DNA of 59,742 nucleotides from Coniocarpon cinnabarinum (Eukaryota): NCBI GenBank assembly GCA_051942205.1, contig JAVECO010000149.1, positions 1 to 59,742 of the forward strand, read 5' to 3'. Shown piece by piece: positions 1 to 15,367 of this stretch (position 1 is its first letter; each line of letters starts with the position of its first letter). The notes under the pieces were generated by a model. It saw only the letters and a program-made list of their open reading frames with translations, ran no database searches and was not told where the DNA came from. The position numbers and the translations under genes were made by a program.

Positions 1-440
1 AATAATACTTAAACTATTTATATTACTTAATTAGATAATAATACTATTACTATAAAGCTTTACTATATTAATATCTACTAGCTTTAAATATATTAAAAAA
101 TAAAAGTAAATAATTTTATTATCTAATAAATTAATATAAAAATTTAAGCTATTAATAGTTTTATAAAGCTTTTAGAATACTAGTAATTTAACTAATTTAT
201 CTACTATCTAAGTCTAACTTTTTAAATAAAAAATTATATAAAAATTAGCTAAATTTAATAGATTATAACATCTTTTAATATCTTTAAAGGCCCTAAGAAG
301 GTATATTAAAAGAATTATTAGTTATAAGTTATATAAAAAAATTACTATATATAGAAGATAATAAGGCACCCCTATCCTTAGGGGTCCTTAGACTTCTCGC
401 TACTTAACAGATAGTCAACAAATCAATAATCATTAATATG
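1..440. repeat. AT-rich, RIP-like degenerate block (probable repeat/transposon relic at an isochore edge)
   Basis: Very AT-rich by eye, with abundant TpA and almost no CpA/TpG, and no ORFs. Composition shifts to roughly balanced GC at about 440-480. No element family is recognisable. Confidence 0.8.
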
Positions 441-811
441 TCTCTATTTAGACACCTTAGCACTTTGACTTATGTAGTGGCGCTAGCAGCTGACAAACAT
501 TGCAACTGCATGGCAGGTTCATCTATCCACTATAGCCACCTAGTGACGACTGCCCAGCCACATCCCGTCTCGATTGAGTCGGCTGGAGCAAAGAAGTCTA
601 GGCGACGGGCCAACTCCTCCAAGTATGGCGCCACGCGCTCTCGGGCGGAGAGACTCTCCGTGTTCGCGTGACCGTTGAGGTCGTGGGACAGATCTACCTC
701 GGACAAAATATCTTTCACACAAGACTCTCAATCAACCTTGCCAGGACATGCACGGAATTCTGCTTCGGAGCCGTGGTCAGCAAGCTCGTCGCTCTGGGTC
801 TTTCCGAACAT
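300..811 (-). pseudogene. RIP-damaged reading frame of unknown function
   Basis: One frame from ATG 811 reads MFGKTQSDELADHGSEAEFRACPGKVD*ESCVKDILSEVDLS...VVTRWL*WIDEPAMQLQC...TT*VKVLRCLNRDILMIIDLLTIC*. The stops are consistent with C->T changes of CGA/CAG/CAA, and their density rises toward the AT-rich block. Confidence 0.5.
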
Positions 812-1185
812 GCTCGCGTTAGGTTGTGGCTGGTCAGCCTCCCATCCTGCCGTGCTTATTGTATGAAAGGGGCAGTCGGGCGTCTGATCGCCCGCGAACC
901 GCTAGGGATGGCGGGCCCGAAGGCGTTTCAATTTCCTACTCTCACGGGTCATCATTGTACGGCAGGCTGCCTCTATAACGAAGACCATCGTCGTAAGCAG
1001 TAAGGAGAGTATTAAAGCTTGCGTGCTACAGCGATAAAGCTTTTGTATACACTAGCAACCATCACTCAACTACCTGTGTCTGCTAACTCATATATACTGA
1101 CGGATTCCACTGCAAAACCTCTTCAGATCATCTCTCTCTCACTCACCTAGACTTTCGAAAGCAAGAACTGGACAAACGTGAAGCA

Positions 1186-2064
1186 ATGGCGACCTCGTCC
1201 ACTACAGTCAACCAACCTCGCTCCATCGCCTTCTTTGGCGCGACGGGCGGCTGCGCGCTCGCTACCCTCACCCGCGCCCTCCAATCTCCAACATCGTACC
1301 AACTCCGCGCTCTCGCTCGTACGCCTCAGAAACTGACAGACCTTCTGCTTGCTCGCCAAATCCCGCAACAAACTCTCGATGAGCGCCTCACCATCATCCA
1401 AGGCAACGTCAAGGACGAGAAAGCCGTGCAACAGACACTCACAGTCCCCACCGTTGCCTCCAATGCCACAGGCCAGGTCGCCGTGCCGACCTCTTTCGAC
1501 GCCCCTCGCATCGTGGATATGATCCTAAGTGGTATCGGCGCGATGCCCATACTCTGTTGGGGCATTCCGCCATTTACGATGGATGACGGCACAATCTGTC
1601 AGTCCGCCACTGCGACAATCCTGGCGGCACTGCAGACGCTGCAATCGGAACAACGCACTGGCAGTGGAGAGGTGCAGAAGCCCCTCGTCACCGTCATTAG
1701 CACGACTGGCATTTCGAAGCGCCGTGACATACCATGGCTGCTTGTCCCGCTGTATCACTGGTTCCTCAAAGTGCCTCACGAGGACAAGAAGATCATGGAG
1801 GCGCTCCTGGCGCAGAGCGAGCAGCGTCACTTGAGTGTACGACCGACTCTGCTCTTGAACGGACCGGCTAATTTACCAGGTGTGCGTTATGGGTATGAGT
1901 ATCATCCTGATGATGTGCAAGCGAGAGAGGCAGGCAAGCAGGATATTGAGCCCGCAATGGGGTACACAATCACGCGGGAGAGCGTGGGTGCTTGGATCTT
2001 TGAGACGGTGGTGGAAGGAGCTCGGGAGGAGTGGGAAGGGCGCATGGTCAACTTGACGGAGTAA
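1186..2064 (+). CDS. NAD(P)-binding Rossmann-fold oxidoreductase (NAD_binding_10 / flavin reductase-like)
   Basis: Intronless 292 aa ORF with N-terminal IAFFGATGG motif, followed by LARTPQKL, IIQGNVKD, ISTTG, PHEDK and VRPTLL motifs. Confidence 0.85.
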   Translation: MATSSTTVNQPRSIAFFGATGGCALATLTRALQSPTSYQLRALARTPQKLTDLLLARQIPQQTLDERLTIIQGNVKDEKAVQQTLTVPTVASNATGQVAVPTSFDAPRIVDMILSGIGAMPILCWGIPPFTMDDGTICQSATATILAALQTLQSEQRTGSGEVQKPLVTVISTTGISKRRDIPWLLVPLYHWFLKVPHEDKKIMEALLAQSEQRHLSVRPTLLLNGPANLPGVRYGYEYHPDDVQAREAGKQDIEPAMGYTITRESVGAWIFETVVEGAREEWEGRMVNLTE

Positions 2065-2706
2065 CGGCACAAAGCAATGTGACGCGCTGATGAACAGGAA
2101 AATGGATCTGACCGATTACTCGAGGCACTTAATACTCTGCGCAATCAACTATTACTGCTCTCAAACATGGCAGTTCTCTTTATCCTTTCTTACCAAGTAG
2201 ACAACACTGTATAAATGTAACGCCCCCAATTTCGACTAGTGTCCCGGGATTTTGGGCGCCCGCGTGGCAGGTTATGCAAGAGTGCGCTGGGTCTTCGGAC
2301 ATAAGAATGGGTTGGTGAGGGGAAGGGGAAGAAGGAGGTATTCTCACTGCGTTACGCTCCCTAGTTCTGATATTGCGAAACATCTTTGCAAATCCTTCCG
2401 GAAGAGTAACCACTCTTTCTCCGTAATGTCCGATGTTCTGTGGCAAACGCGTCTGATAGATGGTAGGTTGTGCAAGAGTACGCTGGGCATTCGGACGCGA
2501 GATTCTTGTTTGTTCAGACCACTGCCTGTAGACCCATATAAGCACTTGTCCACGCTTAGGTTTTCTTCATGTGAAGATGTTGTATCTGGGCCCCAGGAGT
2601 TTCTACTGAAAGAGTATCAAGCAAGTCATTCCTATTGTCATCTATTGAACCTCTACCCTGGCATTCGAGATCCCATCAAACGCTAATCATCGTGAGCTCA
2701 TCGAAT

Positions 2707-3931
2707 ATGTCCTCACAAACTCCAGTCTGGCTCGTGACCGGCGCTTCCTCCGGCCTCGGTCTCGAAATCGCTCTCCACGCCCGTCACACAGGCGCCCGAG
2801 TCGTCGGTACTGTCCGAAGCCGAACCAAGTCTGCTGCTGCAGTGCAGAAACTTGAAGCAGCGGGTGTTACTGTGGTTGAGCTTGACACATCGAAAGGCGC
2901 GGAGGAAGTTAAGAGCAGGGCAAAGCTCGCCGAGGAAGTGTATGGGTGCGTGGATGTTCTGGTGAACAATGCTGGGTACTCCGTCGTGGGCGCTTTGGAG
3001 GATTTCGAGTAAGTCTGATTCTGATCATAGGTGTTCTACGGTGAAAATAAGGACAGGGACGAGCAGCGGTTGCAGAGTGGTTCGTGAAAGTTCTTTGAGG
3101 TTTTGAAATGTGTTGAAAGACCGGCTGGGTTACATAAGAAGTGGTGCTGACACAACTCAACAGCGAGGAAGAATCCCATACCATACTCAACACCAACTTC
3201 TTCGGCCCACTCCACCTGATTCAAGCACTTCTGCCGGGTATGCGCAGTCGTCAATCGGGCACAGTCGTGAACATGAGCAGTGTCGCCGGGCGCAATGGTC
3301 TACCAAGCTGTGGTCTCTACGCTTCTTCCAAGTTTGCACTGGAAGGTATAGAAGAGTTCTCCTCTGCGACTTCGATCTACCTTCAGCCATCCCTCAATAC
3401 GCTTGCCCCACCCCTCCATGACCAACAGCAAGACACGAGAGCAATGAGCGCTGACGTCTCATGCAGGCCTCTCAGAGTCCCTCAGCGGTGAACTCGAACC
3501 GTTCAACATCCGCGTCCTGCTCGTCGAACCAGGCGCCTTCCGCACCAACTTCCACGCCGCTATCCAACGCAACACCACCGGTCTCTCCTCCGCATACAAA
3601 AACACACCAGTGGAGCAGACACTCGATCTTCTCGCCGCGGTCAATGGAAAACAAGTGGGTGATCCTGCCAAGGCGGCCAAGGCGATTGTGCGGGTTGTTG
3701 GAGACGGATGTAAAGTGGATGGGAAGCGGATATTGAGAATGCCGTATGTCTCCCCTTCTTCCTTTGCTTTTCCTTTTGAAAGGGAAAGAGTAAGAGTCTG
3801 TGAAGATGTGGGGATGTCGCTGACAGATAAGGTTGGGTAAGGATTGTGTTGCGCGTGTTGAAGCTAAGATCAAGGAATATCAGCATGATCTTGAGACTGT
3901 GCGGCCCATTGCCGTGGATACAGACATTTAA
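2707..3931 (+). CDS. Short-chain dehydrogenase/reductase (classical SDR), 4 exons
   Basis: Exons 2707-3008, 3164-3345, 3467-3743, 3832-3931 joined by GT-AG introns. Motifs WLVTGASSGLG, DVLVNNAG, NMSS, YASSKFALEG (YxxxK) and VEPGAFRT. Confidence 0.9.
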
Positions 3932-4128
3932 TGGCTCCTTGAAGTGGTAATGTGGCACACTGTGCCTGACAATGAGCATCAGGATTTGCAGAGTGGTCTT
4001 GGAAGGGACTCGTGACTTCTTGCTGCATCTTACACGTGTAGAAGTACACTTGGCCCCACCGGCCATAAATGACAAGCAGTGAGGGAAACGTGATATCAAC
4101 ATTCACGACATACCCAATCGATTGTCTT

Positions 4129-4773
4129 TCATTGAACATCCACTCGCCCAGGCTCCGAGCCATTCATTCTTGCCAGTATTTCGTCTCGATACTCACGAAG
4201 GCTGCGAGTCGAGTCAACAACAATAATAACATTACTGTCAGGGCGACACCTAATTCCCAGCCACCCCTCAAAAACCTTACGATAATCCTCTCCATCACGA
4301 GCATCAACAGCATCCATTGGAGGACAATACACGCTGGTTCGCTGACTCCGCAATATATTCCTGCCAGCAAGCCTCGCCTCCGACACGTTAATATCCTCAA
4401 CCCTGCACTCAACATACCAATACTCGTAGCCATACTGCTGCGCAATGGACATCCCCTCAACGATGTTTTCAAAGTTACACGCGCTGTCCATGTTGAAATT
4501 CTGTCCGTGTCCAACCATTTGTTGGGCCCATTTCCAGCTGTCGCTATAGGTTGTTTTGGCGGCGTAGTCGAAGATGCCTTTCTTTTCTAGGCCACGGGAA
4601 TGCCGTTCGAACTGATCGAGTAGAGCTGATCTGTGAAGGTCGTGGTCGAAGACTGCGCCGTTGATGGAGTTGCTGAGGAGCTCGGCGAGGGTGCTTTTGC
4701 CGGACCCTGGGGCGCCTGACATTTGGATGAATAGTTTGCGTGATGCAAGGGGGTTGGATGTTTGCTCAGCCAT
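4129..4773 (-). CDS. P-loop nucleotide kinase-like protein (AAA_33 type)
   Basis: Intronless 214 aa ORF with Walker A QMSGAPGSGKST, then FDHD and YWYVEC...ARLAGR lid-like motifs. Confidence 0.8.
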   Translation of the reverse strand: MAEQTSNPLASRKLFIQMSGAPGSGKSTLAELLSNSINGAVFDHDLHRSALLDQFERHSRGLEKKGIFDYAAKTTYSDSWKWAQQMVGHGQNFNMDSACNFENIVEGMSIAQQYGYEYWYVECRVEDINVSEARLAGRNILRSQRTSVYCPPMDAVDARDGEDYRKVFEGWLGIRCRPDSNVIIVVDSTRSLREYRDEILARMNGSEPGRVDVQ

Positions 4774-5129
4774 GTCGTTGACAAAAGAGGTCTAACTCAC
4801 GAGAATCAATTGTGATCTCATCAAGAGGGTCGCATAAACAGTCGCTCAAGACGTTGCCTACTTGGGAGCAGCTTCGAGCTGATTGCAGGCCGCATTTTAC
4901 CTATTATGTGCGGGCAAGACTACTGTGCATGGGGGACTGGACGAAGGCGTACTGTACGCTACTAGGCCGCATCATCGAAGCAGGATAGCAGAATACTATA
5001 TTATCTCTTCATGCTTCTTTGGACGCGCCAGTCTTCCATGAGGATATCTGTCACCTTAACGCTGATTATTCACGAATGCCAGAGGCTATCCGGGTGTGCG
5101 GTGCGTGCGTAGCGACTAACTGACCCCGA

Positions 5130-5190
5130 GACGCGCTCAAGACGCGCTAGAACAAAACAAGTCAAAGAGCGCGTAAAGTACGACGCGTCT
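5130..5190. promoter_or_regulatory. Cluster of MCB-like (ACGCG/ACGCGT) elements upstream of MCM3
   Basis: ACGCG at 5131 and 5142, GCGCGT at 5169 and ACGCGT at 5183-5188, about 100-150 bp before the MCM3 ATG. Consistent with MBF-type G1/S regulation of replication genes. Confidence 0.6.
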
Positions 5191-5279
5191 TCTGCGCCAT
5201 CTTCAGATGTCTCTCCCATCTCCTAAGCCATCCACACATTTCAAAACACCATTGCCACTTCTCACGTCCGCGAACCACC

Positions 5280-8173
<2,894 letters not shown>

Positions 8174-9059
8174 GGCTGGGCGCCGAGGAGATTGCGGGCG
8201 TGGGATGGCTTGAGGGATGCAAATATGCGACGAATCATGTTTGACTGGGACAGTGAGGCTTGGCGTTTGGCAAAGGCTATGAGCATACTGGGGTGTCATT
8301 ACATGCATCTGGATCAGCTCAAAAGATGACAATTTCGAGACGCACGTGCGGCCCATGTATGCATAATCATTTCCTCGCTTGATCTGACAGCGCGGTGACA
8401 GCTATGACAGATGTTATGTGCGACAAAGCAACAAAAGCTAGAGACAGCCTTGCGGTGTTGGCGTTCCTTGCATCTTCATCTGACGGCCAAGGTCCGAGTC
8501 ATTGGAGAGTTACCCAATCAAGCAGGCAGTGAGCCATCTCGATCTCGAGTCCCCAATGGTCGAGTCCAGGTGCCAAGATGACAGGAACAGGCAACCCGAT
8601 CGGATCTCGAATCTATGTATGACACCAGTCCAATTTCGATCCTTCCATCCCACCAACCAACCTCTCCAGTCTTGTCCAGTCCTCGACTAGCAGCTTCGAG
8701 TTGGCCACTCAGCGTCCAGCCAGTTCGGTACCTGCGTCTCGTCCACTCCTCTTCCCGGCCGCAATGTCGTCTCGTCACTCTTCCGGACTCCCCCAACTCG
8801 GTCCGCCTCTAGCACGCCAGTCCGCCATGTGTATCACAAGTATTGATTTCACAGATTGCTTCGTGGCCCGCTTCTTAACGTTTATCCGTCCCTAGCCTAC
8901 TTGGTCGCGCCGCCCTGCTGCCCTTCCGTAGAGAATGTCATTGTTGCCGTCTTTCTTTTCTTTTCCTTCACACAGACAATCGCACTGTCGTCCTCTGACA
9001 ATCGGCTTGCCTGCTGCTGGAGCTGCCGCTGCTGCCATTGGCACTGACAATCTTTCACA

Positions 9060-11067
9060 ATGGCGCCCTACATGGGACTCAGAGGACGCAGGCTGACCGG
9101 TCTCATCAGCCTCGTCTCCGGCATCGTCTTCTTGTAAGTATAGCTAGCTGCCGATGACAGCTTGTGTGTCTGCAAAGTAAGCTCTTGACAGCTAACGGCT
9201 GAACTTCTTAGCCTCTTCGGATACGACCAGGCGGATTTCGGCAGTCTGCTGACTATGCCTGATTTTCGCTCCGCCTTCACACAGCTGGATACTGTCAACG
9301 ATCCCAGTCGCCGCACAGCGCTCATCCAGGGCATCGCCAATGCCTCCTGGAACTTGGGATGTATCGTCAGTGCTGTCGCGACCATCTGGCTGGGCGGCGT
9401 GCTGGGACGAAAGAAGACGCTTCTGCTGGGGATGTCGTTCTTGATTGTTGGCGAGGTCATTCAAGTGGCGTCGTACAGCCTGGGTCAGCTCATCGCTGGT
9501 CGTGTCATTGCTGGCATAGGTGCGCACTGCCCTCTCACGTTTGTTTCTATTCGCGCTCGTGCGCACACTGACATCGGGACGCACAGGCAACGGCTTCAAC
9601 ACCGCCGCAATCCCCTCCTACCAAGCCGAAACGACACGCCCACACCGCCGCGGCACCCATCTCATGATATCCGGTGCGTGCATCGCCGCTGGCGCCGCCT
9701 TCGCGTACTGGATCGACTTCGCATTTGCCTACGTCGGCCCCTCCGAAGCCTCCTGGCGCGTTCCAATTGCGTTTCAATTAATCTTCGCGCTCCCTGCGCT
9801 TCTCATGGCCATTTCCCTCCCGGAGTCCCCCAGATGGCTCATCCTCACAGGCCGCGCCGACGAAGCGCTCAAAGTCCTCGGCGCGCTCCACGACGTCGAC
9901 GCCGAAGATAGCTACATTTACAAGGAATTCCTGGCAATCAAGGATAGCATGATTGCCATCAGCAGTGGCGGCTTCAGCGATATCTTCACACAAGGCGCGA
10001 CTCGGCACTTCCATCGCACACTACTTGCGTGTCTCATCCAAGGATTCCAGCAAATCAGCGGGATCAATCTCATCACGCAATACGTCGCTTACATCCTCTT
10101 CACGCAGTTCGGCTACCAAGGATGGACGGCCCGCCTCCTCGCCGCACTCATCGGAACAGAAGGCTTTTTGGCCAGTTGCATCCCCGTCTACGGAATCGAC
10201 TACCTCTGGGGCCGGCGCTCGCTTTTGCTTTTCGGCGCCGCCGGCATGTCTGCAAGCATGGTCATCCTTACAGCAATGGCGTGGCTGAAAGGCACCGCCG
10301 GTCAAGTCGTTGCCACCGTTTTAATCTTTGTCTACATCTCCTTCTTCACCATCGGCTGGCAGGGCATGTCCTGGCTCTACAGCGTGGAAGTCGTTCCGCT
10401 CAAAGTTCGGGGACCCGCGACCGCAATGAGCACGGGCATCAACTGGCTCATGAACTTTTGGGTCGTGTTGGTCGCGCCTGTCGCATTCCATGACATCGCC
10501 TGGCGGACTTACATCATCTTCGCGGTTCTGAACTTCTTCATCTTCCCCGCTGTTTACTTCTTCTTCCCGGAGTGCGCGTATCGCAGCCTGGAAGAGATGG
10601 ACGTCATTTTCCACGCGGCCAGTCTCTCGAAGTCGCCGTACACAACCGTCGTGCGCGACTCGCGCGAAGCCCCGCTGTGGTACGGCCGCGACGGGTCCAA
10701 CGACTTCGACTACGAAAGCTCAGAATGGCACCGGCAAAAGGTCCGATTCAGCGATGAAGTTTCTTCCGATACGGCGACCTCTCAGGGCAAGGAATCCGGC
10801 GACCGGGAAAAGGACGCCAAGAGGATTGAGAGCGACGACGATGACATGTCCGCGCTTCCAGAAGTGCGGGTGTCGCAGGAGGAAGAAAAGGAGAGGGAGA
10901 AGGAGAGGGAGAGACAGCGGGAGAGTTGGAGGAGCGGCGAGGAGGATTTGCACGCTGCTGAGTTGAGACATTTAGGACGGGAGGTCGAGAGCGTGAATGA
11001 TATGTCCTCCGGTCATCCGCACGTGAAGCCGTTGGGACGACAGACGCGTTCGTCGGGACGGGCGTGA
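9060..11067 (+). CDS. MFS sugar porter family transporter (STL1-like)
   Basis: Exons 9060-9133, 9212-9519, 9587-11067. Motifs FGYDQ, GRKK, PESPRWL, QQISGINL, WGRR and RSLEEMD, with multiple TM segments. Confidence 0.92.
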
Positions 11068-13809
11068 GGAATCATTCGTGGACTGATGATTGGGGAATTA
11101 TTGGAAAGTGAGGGAAAAGTTGTATTATGAGTGTATGAATTTCTTGAAAAAGGGAGATCTTGTATGATCAGGAGGTAATCATATCGTCGAAACATAATCG
11201 AATCATACTTCAGGCAAGGACGCCTCGTGCAATGAGCTTAGTTGGTAGTGTTTTCTTGTTTCTGGACTCAATTAGTTGCAATAGTTACTGATTGAGTGAA
11301 GCTGAGATGAAAGTGGCCCTAGCCTATTGATTCTTTCAATGTGTGATGGCTTTGACAGCCACGTAGTTTTCGTTTACTTATCGAGCGAGGATCATTCAAG
11401 CTGTGATGTTTTTATTGCCGTAGCTTTGAGATTGTTATGACTTTCATGTCGGTATCTTTACGTCTCAGCGTCTTTGATGTCCCATGAAAGTCAACCGTGA
11501 CGGTTACTCGCTCATTCGGCATTCTATGAACTCGAAAAGCTTAATACCTTTGGCAGTTTCCCGACATTCTGGAAGTATAGATGAGGTCGTGGAAGTACTC
11601 AAGCTAGTCTAATCATCGTTCATACTCTTACAATCTATCAGCATCATCACTTCAAAGACTGCAGTTCACAGCTTCCCTCAGGGTTTTGCCTCGTTAACTC
11701 TGAATACCTGAGACGAGAGTTTTGCATGAGAGCCTGCTCGTCTGTTGTTGCAGTATATGACACATTAGCTTCGTCTTTCTCGGGGTTTCGGGATGAACGC
11801 GGCGATAGCCAGAGGCTTGTTGCATGGTCAGTGGCGCAAGAACGGTATAGCCTCTTTTGAATGTCATGTCATGTGCTGGACAATGACGGGCACGTGATTA
11901 ACATGGGAGAACTTATCTGTATAGAGCTCGAATTTTCAACGCGGAGATGACCGCAACAGGAGGCGGGATGCACGCGACAGGCGTTTCGCGGCGCAATGCT
12001 TCGCACGGCAGGTGTAACCGTTTGAGTGCACACAGCCGGAGCCGCAACGGTGGGAACATTCACCTTGCAATAGCATCAGGCATTTGCACTGGTCTCTCAG
12101 CGCAGACCACGGTCAGACATGAGGCATTTCTTTGCGGAGACGCTCGCGGAAAGAGCGGTTAAGGCTGGCATGATACGAAGTCTGACAAGGTCCAGAAGGC
12201 GACCGTGAATGGTGCGCGGCTTTACGAGAATATCTGTCTACCTGCGAAACCGTATTCGCTGGAGTGGACGGCTCTGTTGGGCGTTGCGTAAAGAGGTGAG
12301 GGTGCCAAAAGATGCTGCTCAGGGTCTGATCGTGGTGAGCGACGTGAGACAGGCTTTGATTGCCGCTGAGGCCTGTAGTGGCCTACCTGTCACAGAGGTA
12401 TGTTTCATAATTAGGAAGACTCAACTCATTCCAGTGAGTCTCTGCGTGGATATTGAGCCATGGTGTGACATGTGTTGCAGGCATGGTTGACACTTCGGAG
12501 GCTGTAAAGACCAAAATGATCACCTAAACTTTTCCGGCAATTGCTCGATTCGCGTCCCGTGTGATCAAAAGCATGACACGGCCACTTGCCCGTCCTCATG
12601 CTTAAGCGTTCCAACAGGGCCAGACAGAAGCAAGAGGCTAGAAAGGGCAGTCAGCTTGATGACGAGACGTAAGACGCAAAAATTTTGTGGACTTGGAGTG
12701 TAAAATACTTGACATCATACACGCATTCTTCAGGCGTGTGTCAGACTTTTGCCCCGTCGCACAAATTGTCGATCAATGAGACACGCGAAGTACGAGTACC
12801 ACGGCGTCGAATGTACGGTGCCACGCGCTGTCATACAAAGACTGCAATGACGTGGCTGATCCCCTGTGGATCGAAAACTACCAGGCTGGCGTTCGAGCAA
12901 TATTGACCTCTTGTGTGGGTTTCGTATCTGCAGGCTGTATCCAGTACCCAGACACGCCTTGTTGCCTGGTGACCGATGGAAATGGATGATATCATGGTAG
13001 ATACACAGGTTATGTAAGCCACATCTGAATGTTCACTTCGAAGTCCCCGTTCGTTCTGTTGTAAGCGTCACAACAGCGCGCTCTTTATTGTTATGGCAAG
13101 CTTACCATCAATAGCCTTAGATATTCATGGAAATAACATTGGCAAACTCCTCCTGACGCCGTGCTTCGTGAGGACTTCATAAGTTTTACGGATCGCTAGA
13201 GAGGCGTCAGAGGGACTGGCATTAGGCAGGGCTGGATCTACCAACCAGTGCTTTCAACCTGACTGGACGGTGTGGCAGTATGAGATCAAGTTGATGAGGC
13301 ACAATCATTCTTCAGCTGGATTTGGTGAAGGTGACACATAAGCAGCAATTTCCTCCATTTATTGGCTATCAAGAAAACCTCACGGCGAATCTGTGGTTTT
13401 GCCGTTTGGTCATAGGCATCAAGGCTATGCGACATCCAAGTGGGTGATGCTGGAATTTTGGAGGCAGACCTGCAGATCACTCCGCTTAGGTCGACACAAG
13501 TTACAGGCGGCTGAGTGGAATGTCTTCAATTGGAGCATTGTGTTGATCACGAATGATGGCAGACACGGCTCGTTGAAATACAAAGTAGGCTGAGCATCAG
13601 GCAGTAAGTCGCCTGGCCGTCGATCCCTTGCCAGTTGGCAGATGCTTAGCCGGTTAGATGACGGCGCGCAGGACAATTGGCTTGGTATAAAGAGACCTCA
13701 CCTTCCCTCCTCAGGTGGAGTGGTATTGTCAGACACTCCCAGTCTTCTCTTGAACTCAATACTACAAAGTCTTCAATTGGACACACGAAAACATTCGTCG
13801 CCATCGAGC

Positions 13810-14563
13810 ATGCCTTCAACGCTTTTCGATCTTCTCATGGGTGTGGTGATGCTCCTCCACACCTCAGTCTCGGCATTGCCGCAGTCTGGCGCCATCGGTG
13901 TTCCTGCAAACTTGGCCAGATGCCCTGTCAAAAATGGAACTCACCAAGTCTCCGGACAGTCATGTAAGTACTCGATGTTCGGATCACGCCAACTCAAGTC
14001 GTAGAGTGTGCTGTCCAGTTGATTGGATATACCTAACGACCCGTTGCAGGGCAAGGGGGCGCAACAGTTCGTGGTGGCAGCAGTCTCACTAGGACCGAGA
14101 CTCATACTGTCGGTACAATCTGGACTGTTGGTGGAAACTTCGGAATCGGGGTGGAAGACATAATTGACCTTGGTCTGGGTGTTGGTGTGGTCGAGAGCAT
14201 CCAGGATTCGACTGGGGAGGCCACTAACGTCCCTTGCCCCGAGGGAGGGTGGCTTTGCTCTATTCTCGTTACTCCAGGAATGCTGTAAGCATAATTGCAT
14301 TCAGACTGTCCACGAGATGAGCCGAACCCTTGCTGACCATAAGTAACAGGCAGGTTGATGGAGAGGTCTGGTCTGCAGACTTTTGCGGCGCGGGAAACAC
14401 TCTCAACGACAAACAGGATTCCTACAGCGTTCAGACTCCCTTACAGGACCATGATAAGAACGACGAATTTGCGACAGTGCCATGCGCATGCCAAAACGGA
14501 CTCAGTCCTAAGGCACCTGGTGCGCCCACTCCGTGCCCATCGGACTGTGTGGTCCCACCGTAA
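13810..14563 (+). CDS. Small secreted cysteine-rich protein (200 aa) with aerolysin/ETX-MTX2-like beta-hairpin pattern
   Basis: Exons 13810-13963, 14050-14284, 14350-14563 join in frame; both introns have GTAAG donors and CTAAC/CTGAC branch sites. Signal peptide ends ...TSVSA-LP, 8 Cys, TATAAA at 13686. Confidence 0.8.
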
Positions 14564-15367
14564 AAGGTGCATGTACACTGACACAGCCTCTATGTGTGCT
14601 TGAGATCGACACAGGAGACTTCCGCGGTACAGACAAACTCCTGATCCTGACTTGAGGATTTTGGAGTAGTTCTAGATCGTATGGCGAAGGGAACAAGGGA
14701 TTACGCTTGTGATGGCCACTCTCATTAAACGGACAGCTTGCCACGCTACAAGAGACACTGCTTCTTCACGCATTGACGCCATTTGAGTGAACAGACGAAA
14801 ACCTTCGCCTCGAAAATCGTGCTTGTGTAAAGTCTCCCACTGAAGAAACGCGGTGAACATACTCTTGCACTCGAGCTGCAAGCAATGATGCAAATAGCTG
14901 CCGTGTCACGGCTGAAACTGGTTCAGGGGGCTTTCTTTCTGCATATTGCTGGTGCATGGGGTCTCTTGCAAATGATTTTGGTCAGTAAATGCCCCCAGAT
15001 GCAGCCTATACGGGCAACAAGTCAGTTCTCTTGACCCGGTGCACTTCGTTTAGAAAATTTGCAGACTTAGCTAGCTCAGCACGTTCACTGCGAAAACGAT
15101 GAACGTGAGATGGGGCACAAAGTGCAATGCACGCTTGCGAAGTAGATTACAAGTGACCGCTTGAATGCTTACCATTTCAAGAGTTTGCAAACAGATCGCA
15201 AGTTGCAAGTCGCACAACCCAGTGGCCATAGCTCGCAATTCCTTCTTGTCCACAGCCCGTAGTCCAATGCAAGAACGTTCCAAACCGGAATTATGTTCGA
15301 CTACTTGCAAAATGTAGCGAAAAAGTGAAAGATATGGGCTTTGTCATTGTTGTCGGCTTTCGCTGCA

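Noticed and set aside
2180..2690. Gene relic between the two oxidoreductases
   Set aside because: Only a faint F-box-like fragment on the minus strand; not enough support.
1186..4773. Secondary-metabolite cluster (oxidoreductase + SDR + kinase)
   Set aside because: No PKS, NRPS, terpene synthase or cluster transcription factor is present in the window.
11200..13600. Short ORFs or ncRNA in the long intergenic region
   Set aside because: No consistent frame, terminal repeats or RNA motif that I could support.
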